Source of the DNA: Octopus vulgaris
Taxonomy: Eukaryota
Direction: 5' to 3'
Assembly (NCBI GenBank): GCA_951406725.2
Contig: OX597819.1
Span: 40,486,001-40,550,000 of the forward strand
DNA: 64,000 nt
The notes under the pieces were generated by a model. It made no database searches. It worked only from the letters and a program-made list of their open reading frames with translations, and was not told where the DNA came from. Of this stretch, positions 51,801-64,000 are shown in pieces. How positions within the stretch are numbered: the first letter of the stretch is position 1; every line of letters starts with the position of its first letter. The translations under genes and the position numbers were made by a program.

Positions 51801-53239
51801 GCCATAAATCACACACCACCATTTTACAAAAGGAAAAGACACATTAAATAATGTTATCTCAGATGTCCTTCAAAAGGTAAAATGTTCCTGACTGGATTGA
51901 TTTTGATCACGATCTATTCAATCAGAGCTGACCTGGATCCATGCAACAACATTTAAGCTTCATTGATTAAATTGGTCTTAATGCATTTCTGTTATTAGCA
52001 GTGTGACAGATGTAGTAGGACAGATTGTTGTTGATGATGATGTTCTTTTAAATATACCTTTTGTAATAAGCTTTGTTCTGTTCAATACTTTTGTGTGAGA
52101 ATTGTTTTATATTTATGTAAATATCAATTTGATTTCTTATATTGACAAAAAGCATCTGTTTTGTGGGCGAAGGGAAATAGGTGGTGGGAGAGTTTTACTT
52201 ATGCCTTTTTAAAAATTAATATTTCAGATGTTGAAGATGATAGCTACAATTCTGTCCAATTTGGCTGTAACTTTCAGTAAGAATTGCCTGCTGTCCGTTG
52301 GTTACGATGACAGGTGTTCCAGTTGATCCGATCAACGGAATGATCTGCTCATGAAATTAAAATATAAGTGGCTAACTCCCCATAGGGATATGTACCTATT
52401 TCTTTATTGCCCACAAGGGGCTAAACATAGAGGGGACAAACAAGTACAGACAAACGGATCAAGCCGATTACCTCGACCCCAGTGCGTCACTGGTACTTAT
52501 TTAATCGATCCCCGAAAGGATGAAAGGCAAAGTCGACCTCTGCGGAATTTGAACTCAGAACGCAGCGGCGGACGAAATACCACAAAGCATTTCGCCCAGT
52601 GTGCTAACGATTCTGCCAGCTCGCCGCCTTAGGGATATCTACCATTAACATAGTTGTCAGGGAGATTCAGCGTGTTCAGCATGGCATAGGATATGACAAG
52701 GCTGGCCCTTTTTGAATTACAGGTACAACTCCTTTTTAGTGGACTGGAGCAAGGTGAAATAAAGTGTCTTGCTCAAAGGCACAATGCACTGCTGGGAATC
52801 AAATTCACAGCTTTATGATCATGAGCCGCATACCCTAACCATTAAACATTGCGCCTTTACAAGAGATGCCTGCGTTAACTATAAGGCAATCTTAAATAGT
52901 AACTAGATTTTAGCACCTGCACAAAACATGGTACAATACCTTTATCAAGCCTATAGCAGATAGAGTAGAGTTAATAATATAAGAATGTTTTAAGTTTTGG
53001 CACAAGGGCAGCGGTATCAGGGGAGGGATAAGTTGATAACAATGACCCCAGTACTCAACAGGTACTTATTTTATCGACTTCGAACGAAAAGACGAAAGGC
53101 AAAGTCAACCATGGCGGAACTTGAACTCGGTTTGATGACGGACAAAATGCTGCAAAGCATTTCCGCTGGTGTGCTAACGATTCTGCCAACTCGCCCCCTT
53201 ACAATAGAAGAATATTATATGTATCAACATTTTTGTTCC

Positions 53240-53722
53240 ACTGTTAATCCTCGTGTATAATCCGCATTTTTTCCCAAAAATTTAACGGTCAAAATCCCTA
53301 GTGCGTGCTATATACGAGGTTACAAATGAAAATTATTTTCCAAGTAATGTCCGAGTCTCTATTTGCTGTCCGGCAATGTTTATTCAGACGCATTTTGTGA
53401 TGTCGGGCGCAAAAATACCTTAAATCATCCATAACATGCAGTGAGCAAAATTTATTAAACGTTATTACTGTTATTTCTTTATTTTCTGCAAACAAAATGT
53501 ACAAAAAAGCTACACGTTTGCATTATGTTATATATACAATAATAATAAAGAACGTTACCGTATACATTTTTACAAACAAAGGACCTTATATAGACCTCCT
53601 TAACTCAAGTTAAAGAAGGGGTGCATATTATACACAAGGTTTAGGTTTTTCAGTGGTACAGCCCCCTAAAAATCCCCTGCGTATTATACTCAAGGGTGGA
53701 CCATACTCGAGGATTTACAGCA
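53240..53722. mobile_element. pogo/Tigger-like MITE
   Basis: Imperfect terminal inverted repeats ctgttaatcctcgtgtata / catactcgaggatttacag. Confidence 0.55.
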
Positions 53723-54489
53723 AATAAAATTAGTCAATTTTTGGTTTTTAGGTACATATTTATGCTGGTTTGATAAAGAAACCAAAACGGCATGCCTAAG
53801 TTCATTATGACGGGATTTCAAGTCCCTTCTCATGAACTGTGAATTCTAAACGCACACACGGACACATCTCGTACATGTTTTAAAATTCGTATCGGTCAGT
53901 TTTCTTACGATTAACATAAATGTTGCAGTGATTGTTTAAAACATTGCATACACCAACCAAATTCAAACGTACGTGTGAATGTAATTGTCAATCAATCTGG
54001 TTATGTATCTCCTACATCTTCCTGTTTTGCAACTTCCCACCACCTACTGTAGCTAGTTCTTGCAACTCTGGCTGGATATAAAGAACTTTAATATAAACAA
54101 GACAACTAATACACTATAAATAGCGGATCTATTCAATTTGACGGCCAGATTTTTTTGATTAATTTTTTTTTTTAACACTTTGAAACTTCGGATACTAGTA
54201 GAATGTCACATAGCCTCTAAAATGCAGTTAAGGCGATCAGTGAGTGCCATTTCCTCTTTCTGTTTGGTTTTACTGTCCCCTCCCATGACCCGTTGCGTGA
54301 AATACATTAGGTGACTTAGTATACTTTATGTGGGTGATTAGTGTGAGAAAATGACATTTTCAATTTCCTTGTCCTTTTTTATAATGCTACTTGCCTCCGT
54401 CTACAACAAACAGTTCCCACCATAGTAGTTTTCAGGGTCATGTTATCAGAATCAGTTGATATATATTTACACACACACACACACACACA

Positions 54490-55150
54490 AGGTTGATGAT
54501 CTAGAAGCTAAACACTATGGAGAGCATCCAGCAAACAGCTAATTCCATCCACTAGATTATTATCCTAACAAGCACCCAAACTATAGACTACCTGTTTTGG
54601 ACACAGCACTCTGGCTAGAAACTAAGAACAGTAAGGTCCAGATCCTTCACTCCCATTATATATTTGTTTACTGACCGCAAGGGGCTAAACATAGAGGTGA
54701 CAAACAAGAACAGACAAATGGATTAAGTCGATTACATCGACCCAGTGCGAAACTGGTACTTTATTTATCGACCCCGAAAGGATGAAAGGCAAAGTCGACC
54801 TCGGCGGAATTTGAACTCAGAACGTAACGGCAGACGAAATACGGCTACGCGTTTCTCCCGGCGCGCTAACGTTTATGCCACCTCGCCGCCTTCACTCCCA
54901 TCATGCCAAACCCATGGCCTCTAAGTACCTTGTTCACAAGAACGCAGCGATTGCGGACAACGCCAAGTTCAATATTTTTATAGCTGACTTAGAGTGATGA
55001 GGAATGTGTCTCGCATGTGCGACCTTATGGAATTGGAAAAATACAACACCTCATCCACTGCATGTAGTTTTCTGGCTACAATCAAAGGGACAGGATTAGA
55101 ATGTACAAAGGAGCCAGGACTAAGTACAAAGTCAACATAGAGAGTGATGC
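54490..55150 (+). mobile_element. Penelope-like element RT C-terminal fragment interrupted by a SINE
   Basis: RLPVLDTALW...ILHSH|HAKPMASKYLVHKNAAIADNAKFNI rejoins in frame across a SINE flanked by TSD TTCACTCCCAT (54646-54656, 54891-54901). Confidence 0.65.
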
Positions 55151-56038
55151 TAAGGAGATCCACGCGCACGCACACACACACACTGACGCATATCACATAT
55201 ATGTATTTACAAAATTTAAAAAAAAAATTTTGATATATACCAATCCAATGTGTATGTTTGTACGCTCACCAGTTATATTTTTCGGCTTCACTTCCAATAT
55301 AATCGTGATCTACACTATCTGAAAGGAATTTGTTGAAAATTTCACCAAGAAATACCATTTTTCTGGAAGTTATGAGGAAACAATGCCGACTTGTGTGAAT
55401 TTTTCTTTACTCTTTCTTCTCAACACTTCAGAAAAAAAGTTTTACGACGAATTCCGATATAATCGCAATCTGCATCAGCTGAAGCATAATTATAGAAAAT
55501 TTCATTTAAAAATATTAATTTTTTTCTGAAAAATGTAAGAAAATAAAGTCAGTCCGGGTGGAGGGGGGGGGGAGCACGTGTATTTGCATAAGTTTGTGCA
55601 TTTATTTTGTTTATTTCCACTATGTATACATCTATCAGTAGTATGAGACAGTTTAAGCTGTTTCCTTCTATTGTTTTTGTGTACATAAATCAACGTTTGT
55701 GACATGAGGTCGAGCAAAATGTGTGTAGGTATGTCTATGTTAAGTGTTTATCAATACAGATATCTTCAGACATGTATACAGATATACACGGATAGATACG
55801 ATACACATTTTCACTGGGCCGCGCACACGCACACACACACACACCAACCAGGGGTGGGGTGGGGGTCGAGGGACACGTGTCCTCTCTCAAGAAACGCGGT
55901 GCACCCTTCTAAATAATTTTACGACGCCTCTTTTTTTTTATACCTGGAACTGTCTTTCCTTCGAAAAATTCCTGAGACCGCGCCAGCACACACACGTTCT
56001 TTTATTCCTTTACTTGTTTCAGTCATTGGACTGCGACC

Positions 56039-56312
56039 GGATCTTTTCAATCTTAGTCACAAACTTTTTTAATTAAATTTTTTTTTAACTAAAACAGTTT
56101 GAAACTTCGGGTACTGTCACGTAGAACACGGTTTACTCTTAACGCTTTTGACAAAATCTTGTATTTTAGAAGTTATTTCGTGTTCAAGTTGTCGTATTTG
56201 GGTATAAGAGTAAACCGTGCTCTACGTGACTCATTCAACTAGTATCCGAAGTTTCAAACTGTTTAGTTAAAAAAAATGTTTTTTAATCTGTAACTGAGAT
56301 TGAAAAAGGTCC
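56039..56312. mobile_element. Palindromic MITE related to the 44629 element, inserted into a SINE
   Basis: Termini ggatcttttcaatct / agattgaaaaaggtcc. 8-bp TSD CTGCGAC(C/T). Confidence 0.75.
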
Positions 56313-58053
56313 CTGCGACTGTGCTAGGTTTAGTCGATCAGATCGCCCCAGTTCTTATTGCATTTCTAAGTCAACTACTTATTTCATCGGATCTTTTGCC
56401 AAGTTACGCGGACGTAAACAAACCAACACCGTCAAGCAGTGAAGGGGTCACATCCATCCATACATACATAACGACACTCTCAAAGTACAACAGTATGTGT
56501 GTGCGTGCACAAGTATGTTTTTCTATGTCGAACGAACGAGAAAAAAATTCTCAATATTGAAACTATGAGTTTGTCTTGCGACTCGAGTTTCACGCCACGG
56601 CAATCTGCAGGTGCGTGTGCAAGTGTGTAATTTGTTTTTATCTGTGGAACTCCAAGTATCTTTTATCTTTTATTTGTTTTAGTCATTAGACTGCGCCCAT
56701 GCATGGGTACTGCCTTGAAGAATTTTTAGTCGAATAAGTCGACCCCAGGATTTATTCTTTTTAAAGCCTGGTACTTTTTCTATCGGTCTTTTTTGCCGAA
56801 CCGCTAAGTTACGGTGACGTAAACACACCAACACCAGTTGTAAAGCGAACGCAGATATATACACGTGCACCAAATCCACTCGGAAGGCTTTAGTTCGTCC
56901 AAGGCTATTGTAGAAGACACTTGACTGAGGCGCCACGCAGTGGGACTGAACTCGGAACCATGTGGTTGGGAAGCAAGCTTCTTACCACAGAACCACGCCT
57001 GCGCCTCTAGATAAAGTTTTTAAATCCAATATTTACGTGCTGTTATAGCTTTATCTACTTCGAGTCATACCCCCCCCTCCATAAAAACGAATTATTTTAT
57101 GTTCTCTAACTTTCCAAATTGTCGTGGCGTAAGCAATGCATAAACCGTGCAATGCATACGCACATATGTGTGTGTGTGTGTGTATAACAGGTTTCCATGC
57201 ATGTTCTGTTTACTCAATTTACCCGCAGAGCATTGGCCAGTCCAAGCTACTGTAGATGCCGTGCAGTTGGGCGAGGGTCTAGAACCGAAATCACATACTC
57301 TTTTACTTGTTTCAGTCATTTGACTGCGGCCATGCTGGAACACCGCCTTTAGTCGAGCAAATCGACCCCGGGACTTATTCTTTGTAAGCCCAGTACTTAT
57401 TCTATCGGTCTCTTTTGCCGAACCGCTAAGTGACGGGGACGTAAACACACCAGCATCGGTTGTCAATCAATGCTAGGGAGACAAACACAGACACACACAT
57501 ACATATATATACATATACATATATACGACAGGCTTCTTTCAGTTTCCGTCTACCAAATCCACTCACAAGGCATTGGTCAGCCCGGGGCTATAGCAGAAGA
57601 CACTTGCCCAAGATGCCACGCAGCGGGACTGAACCCGGAACCATGTGGTTGGTTAGCAAGCTACTTACCACACAGCCACTCCTGCGCCTAATTTATTGCG
57701 CATGGTTGCGAAATGAAAGAATGCCAAGACTGCGTCTACATTTACACACATACAAACCAACATGGGATTGTAAACTCAAAAAGAAACCAAAATACAATAA
57801 TGCATTGTTAGTTTTTTTTTTTTAATTTACATTTGTGAAGAAAAAAAGATACCCTTTCCCCCACCCCTAACCCTAAAACAGATTGAAATGCAATAGATCG
57901 ATACTAGGGTCATAATTATGGGTGACAATTTCATATGACACCGCTAGAAAAAACTGCCGGTCAAACCGAAAAGATCCATTGATAGATAGTATTGTCTTAT
58001 CTATTCTGACAGCTAGTGACTAGATCGTTTTTTAGTGCACTATTCACACACAT

Positions 58054-58390
58054 ACAGCCATACCTCAATTTACGTCGGTAATATGCGACTAAGCTCGAAA
58101 AGACGTAATACGAAAAAGCACTTTCAAAAAAAATTTACTAGTTTTTATATCTGTTTTAATAAATGACAATATTTTACATATTTATATCTGATTTTCCACT
58201 TCCTTATTGGTTTTTAACTCTTTTTAAAATTTGAATTTTTATGCTTTTAAATATGTTTGCTGAGACCGACGTAAAGTCGGATCAAACGACTTCAGTTGAG
58301 GTTTATTTTTACCTATTAATTTCTTTAAAAAAATAAAACGTATGTCGAAAAAGACGTAACTCGAAACGACGTACGTTGACGTATGCATGT
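58054..58390. mobile_element. Tigger-like MITE
   Basis: tacagccatacctcaatttacgtcg ... cgacgtacgttgacgtatgcatgta imperfect inverted termini with TA flanks. Confidence 0.5.
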
Positions 58391-58540
58391 ATGTCGTATA
58401 TATTTGCACTCATTCATACACATACACACACCTTTACTCATTTACACGCATGTAATGAAAGAAAGAAGCTTAACAACTTTCTCCCACTCCACGCTAACCT
58501 TCATACACCAGCACACAACACGACGTCCTTGTTCAGTGTC

Positions 58541-58576
58541 TATTTAAGTAAATGCTGAAACATTTCGTCATCAGTT
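58541..58576 (+). promoter_or_regulatory. Candidate core promoter: TATA-like box plus initiator
   Basis: TATTTAAG at 58541 and TCAGTT at 58571, about 30 bp apart, about 490 bp upstream of the ATG at 59058. Confidence 0.4.
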
Positions 58577-59057
58577 GCTGCAGTCTTGCTCTCTCACTCA
58601 GCGCACATTGTACTCGATCTTGCTTAAGTGTTTCTCCTGTTCAACCGGGGACGTTGCAAACTACATGACCTTTACCACTCTTACTTTTAGTTGTTTTTTT
58701 CCCTAAAATTTCCAGATCTTCACTTTTTTCTCAGCATCTAACAATTGATTTTTTTTTAATTCCAAAATTTCTTTGTCTTTTCCTATTATATATACATTAA
58801 TATAACTATCGAAATCCTTATCTATTCGGTAATCAAGTTCATCTAATTTTATCTATCTATCTACCTATCTATCTACACACACACACACACTCTCTCTCTC
58901 TCTCTCTCTCTCTCCACACACACACACACACAAAAAAAAAAACAACAACATATATACCCATCCATCTATCCATAACGCTCTGTCTACATACTCATACATA
59001 AACACATCTATATTTTCTTGGTGGCCTAATCTAATCGATTTTGAATCACTCTTGGCC

Positions 59058-59134
59058 ATGGGATCCGTATTAAACATCGCAGCTTTCGATCCGGATTCCA
59101 GGGATGTTGACGATATCATTCAGAATGGAAAGAT
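59058..59134 (+). CDS. Probable first coding exon of a second, unidentified gene (MGSVLNIAAFDPDSRDVDDIIQNGK)
   Basis: Strong start context gccATGG, 25 open codons of non-repeat sequence, perfect donor AT|gtaagt at 59135, no nearby upstream acceptor. Confidence 0.55.
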
Positions 59135-59847
59135 GTAAGTTGGATTCTAAAAACATTATCAGCATCTTTGAGTTCTTTAAGAATTTATTGTTGTTGTTAT
59201 TGTTGTAATTGTAAAACGAGCGGGTTTCGATCCTGGTTTCATTTGGGTGGAATACCACAAACCCCATTTACACCCGTATATAAATATTTAGGCCTTGTAC
59301 TTAGTAATTAAAACTGTATGACGAATGCCGAAGATTAATTTTTTTTTTACCTTTTTGAAGTTAATTCATCTCGCTCGAGCCAACGATAGGGCCTCTAGGT
59401 CAGGCATGGGCAACCTTTCTTTCTCGAGAACCGGACCGCGTGAAACATGGCTCAGCATCAGGTGGGCCGCACTACTAAAAAAAGAAAATTCAAGGTAATT
59501 TTTCGTTAGACGCACCTTTCAGAACGTCCCACGGGCCGCAGGTTGCTCGTGATTGCTCTATGCGGTTGGTTGCTAAAATACGTGCTAAGGTGGCAGCTGA
59601 ATATCCTGCAGAACATATTCTGTTAAAAAAAAAAATATATATGAAGGCATGGTCACAGCTGGAATGCCTTTGATCGTATATCTGCTCACTCAGGCCCGAT
59701 CAGTACTAAACTACAATAAACGTCATCTCCTTCATAGCCCTAGTGCCCCTTCGAAAAGCATGAACATCACTTTTTTTTTCTGTTTTCTTTTTGCATTTCA
59801 TTTCTCAAAAATATTTCAAGGTTTCCCGAAATATTTATTTATTTATT

Positions 59848-59884
59848 TATGTATGTATGTATGATGTATGTATGTATGTATGTA

Positions 59885-59953
<69 letters not shown>
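59848..59953. repeat. (TATG)n(TG)n microsatellite
   Basis: Read directly from the sequence. Confidence 0.95.
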
Positions 59954-59956
<3 letters not shown>

Positions 59957-62900
59957 GTATGAATCAGCTAAACAGCAGTCTTCTATGTGGTCATTTGGCC
60001 TGCTAAAATAGCAGCCAAATCTCCCTCAGATCATACTCTATTTTCTGATGTAATCTCCAATATACAAACATGATGAGATGGTCACCACGGCGACCACTCA
60101 ATTGAGTTTCCCACCTCCATAGGTCTCCTCGCTCGGGGTATCCTAGGGATAAGTAACAACCAATTATTGTTATAATTTGATTAAGGCAAAATTGGAGTGT
60201 AAGTTCCCTTCAAGCATTTTCCTAGTGTATAAGTATTTTCAGTGGTGTTTATTCGCTTCACGAAATAATTACGTTTCAAATGATTTTACACGGCTGATGC
60301 GAATGTTACAGTAACATTTTAATTATGTTTATGTGATAATTGCTAAATCAGAATAAATACTGTGAAATAGACATTAATTTTAAACATTGGTGTGGTGAGT
60401 GGTGATATTCTTTCCATTTTTCATTACAAATTAAAGTGGAAATATTGTCACTATTCGGCTATGTCCAAGCGGATGTTTCCAATAGGCACCCCAACATGTC
60501 TTTTTAAAATTTCAAGGTATGCCTATACAAGTGTGCACCCTGACTTTGTTTCCTCCTAGCTTCCAGAAAAATGGACACACATCACAAAATGAAACTTATA
60601 ATTTCGAAAAGAATTCTGATGTGTCAGTGTATATAATATGTACGAGCCCGCCGTTTTTATTATTTATTTATTTATTTTTTAATTAAATTCCAATATAATC
60701 GCAACCTACACCCCATTTTCCTGAAAGTTATGAGGAAACACAACTTTTGTAAATTTTCAGAAACGCTCCTTCCCACCCTTGGAAATTTTTTTACACTACA
60801 TATTCAAAATATAATCAGAATCTTCACAGCCTGAGACATATCTATGAAAAAAATGCATTAAAAAATGTCTATTTTGCTGGAAGTTATGAGGAAACAAAGT
60901 CGATGGTGGGTAACACCTTTTGTATGTATGCCGTTTTCAACAATGGCGATAGAGATTACGACTGCAAAACAAGAAAAAATCAGCTTTATAAATTTTCAAT
61001 CACCTCATTCACATCAAAATTCTTTGATTTTAACTTTTTTTTTTTTTTTCCCTTTTTCTTTTATCAATCTTCACTCCCGATTCCAAGTTTAAAAATATGG
61101 AGATTACAATTCTGAAAAGAAAGTGCTTTTGAACATGTCAATATTTTTTTCCAAAATTTCAATTGCATTTACTTATGATAAAATTCCACTTTTTAATTTG
61201 TGATCATAAGGTAAAGGTGTTTAAACTCAGGTCAGCCATAACCTTGATAGAACAAACCTACGAGGGAAAACGTTCCAAACATGACCATCATTTTCTTCTT
61301 TTTATGTCTAGAACTGCATTGTCATGTGTGTCCTTGTACTACCAAGACAGTAGTGTGAATTTGGAGAGAGATTTGTCTGTTATTTCTAGTAGAAGTTCAT
61401 TTGTTGGCTCAGGTATTATATAGTTCATTGTTACACATCCATGAATGTGTGAATGGATGTATGAAGAAAATGTGGATTTTCTAAACAAGCTGATATTTCC
61501 CACTGACCTGACATGTTTTCGTGGAGGATTTGAAACAAAACAACACCACTGGTATGATGATGCTCATTTACAAGTTTCACACAATGTTAAGGCATGGATG
61601 GATGGATAGACGGGCGGGGGGACACTCACACACAGGACAGACTTTTTTCCGTTTCCATCTTCAAAATCCACTCACAAGGCTTTGATCACCCCAGGCCTAT
61701 AATAGAAGGCATTTGCCCGTGGTGAGATTGAACTGGATATCAAGTGGTTGGGAAGCGAACGTCTTAACCGCACGACTAGTTTGACACAACACCACATTAA
61801 AGTTTTGGAGCGTAAAACATGACCATATCGCCACATGTTCGGCATTACATACATGAAAATAAGATTATTTCACAAGAGTAGAACTACAAAGAAGTAAAGC
61901 TGAAAATGTCAAGGGGGGGGGCAGTAACTATGAATAAGAACTGTGATTACCCATCCAGCCTTATAATCCATGCCTCTCTCTTTATCACATTCTTTTGGAA
62001 AATCGATTCTCATTCTGAACCAGAGTTCCATGTTAGTAAAGTATGCCAAAAATTCTTCTACCTTTGGGGACAGATAGAGATGTTTGATTTTTTTTTTTTT
62101 CATTCCCTACTGTAAAAAGCAAGTTTAATCCTAAATTTAAGAAAGTAGAAAATAAAAGAAATGTCTGTTTGTCTCTCTTGTCAGACCCTCACCTTTGTTT
62201 ATGACTATATCCACCCCTATGTATCTCTAGCCTTTGTCTCTGCCACTGTGCATCCTGCTCTCAACTATCTCATACACGTTACATCATCTTATTTTTTCAT
62301 CTGCCTATGATTTCATTATACCTATTTCTTTATTACCCACAAGGGGCTAAACACAGAGAGGACAAACAAGGACAGACAAACGGATTAAGTCGATTACATT
62401 CGACCCCAGTGCGTAACTGGTACTTAATTTATCGACCCCGAAAGGATGAAAGGCAAAGTCGACCTCGGTGGAATTTGAACTCAGAACGCATTTCGCCCGG
62501 CGTGCTAACATTTCTGCCAGCTCGCCGCCTTATGGTTTCATTATACTGTTGCTCTTACCACCACCCTTTATGTACTGCTACTCATTACTGCTTCTTCCCT
62601 GACCCACCCTTATTTTCCTCCACTATCCCCGTATATTAAATAAATGCCTAGATGGTCACAACCAGAATGTTTTTCAAGTGGATCTTGGGCTAAGACTATT
62701 GAAAAGGTTGCAAGACGCAACGAAAGATTTAGAAAAATAAAAATAAGAAATAAGTGGAAATTTTACTGGTGAGTGTGTTAAATTATAAGGCACAAAAAGA
62801 AAATTACTCTCCCCTGACACAACAGAATATGCTTCAACACACGAACTCACATAAAGAACCTTGCAAACCAAATCCAAAAACGAAACGAATCTAAATTTAT

Positions 62901-64000
62901 ATCACTATTAATTCAAACAAGAAACGGTTCAAGGCTCACTAGGAAATCGCGTCTATTCTGACGTCTTCGTTTTCTTTTCACCAGTTAGTCTTTTTCTTAG
63001 GGAAAGTCGTTAATAGGAAGTAGTGACATCCATTCGTTTCTCAAATAGATTAATGATGTAAGTTGAATCATTTTGCTTGAAAAACGAATTGAAATTGTGT
63101 GGCAGTTATTTTGTCAATTAGACTAACGCAAATTGTGGTTTTAAAATATATATAAATTAATGAATTTCCCCAAATACACTTGACAGCATCCCTAAATAGA
63201 AATTTCTCGGGTGGTTAATACAAATCAATCATACATGTAACCACTATATGGCTATTCGACGTACTAGAAATAGCAGCCAAATTTCTATCAAATCACACAT
63301 TTTCTTCACAAAAGGATACATTCGATAATGTAGTTTGAAAAAAAGATGTTCATAAGTGAAATGCATTTGATCATAGAATCTGCTCCATTGAGGTTGAATT
63401 TTTTTTTTACTTTTTGCTGCCATCTGAATAAGGCCATCCAGTGTCTTCGTTTCTTTCATTTTCCCAGCTGTTACTGAAGTGCTCGAAGTTGTTTGTCATA
63501 TTGAAGTCCAATGAACTTAACCATCTGATTCCTACGTTCTTAAGTTTTCTGGTGATTTCTACTCGTCCGAGGACTTTTATTTCACTATCTGTATATGATC
63601 TCTTTAGTATTCGAACCGTACTGAACACGCTATATGTTACTGGAAACATTAAACGACGCTTTTATTGACATGAGTTTCACGTGTAATTGATTATTAGAAT
63701 TCATATATTCTGTCTGGAATGCATTTGACGATAGTTATGCTTGATGAGGGGACAAACTACGAAAGCAATATTTGATAAATGTTTTTAACACAGTCACAAG
63801 GCTAGAAATTTGAGGGCAGAGGAATTGTCGATTACATTGACTGCAGTACTTGGTGTTTGAAAATCCAATTTGATACTGGGACTGCTGAAGTTGATGTTGT
63901 TGAAGGGCTGGGTCTAGGGCCTAGTGGTACTTAATTTATCGACCCCGAAAGGATGAAAGGCAAAGTCGACCTCGGCTGAATTTGAACTCAGAACGTAACG

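Noticed and set aside
63407-63649. Minus-strand ORF containing IRWLSSL, resembling a hAT transposase motif
   Set aside because: One short motif only, with no termini or other motifs identified.

Overview
AT-rich, repeat-dense animal DNA, most likely an octopus (inferred from the SINE families and microsatellite load). The main feature is one plus-strand gene with at least six coding exons (16075-43533), whose splice phases I checked by hand. It encodes a protein of at least 3,762 aa carrying 14 nuclear-receptor-type two-zinc-finger DNA-binding domains (DBDs), nine of them in a single 8,841-bp exon. It also has two AT-hooks, coiled coils and long Ser/Thr-rich linkers. Only the last DBD has a canonical P-box (CEGCKG), the other 13 are all different, and the first 10 share an Arg-to-Trp change. 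No ligand-binding domain is visible in the window. The rest is SINEs, RTE/CR1/Penelope fragments, hAT and Tc1 remnants, MITEs and microsatellites, plus a probable first exon and core promoter of a second gene near 58.5-59.1 kb. A short RTE-derived element at 439-815 begins with a candidate HDV-like ribozyme fold.
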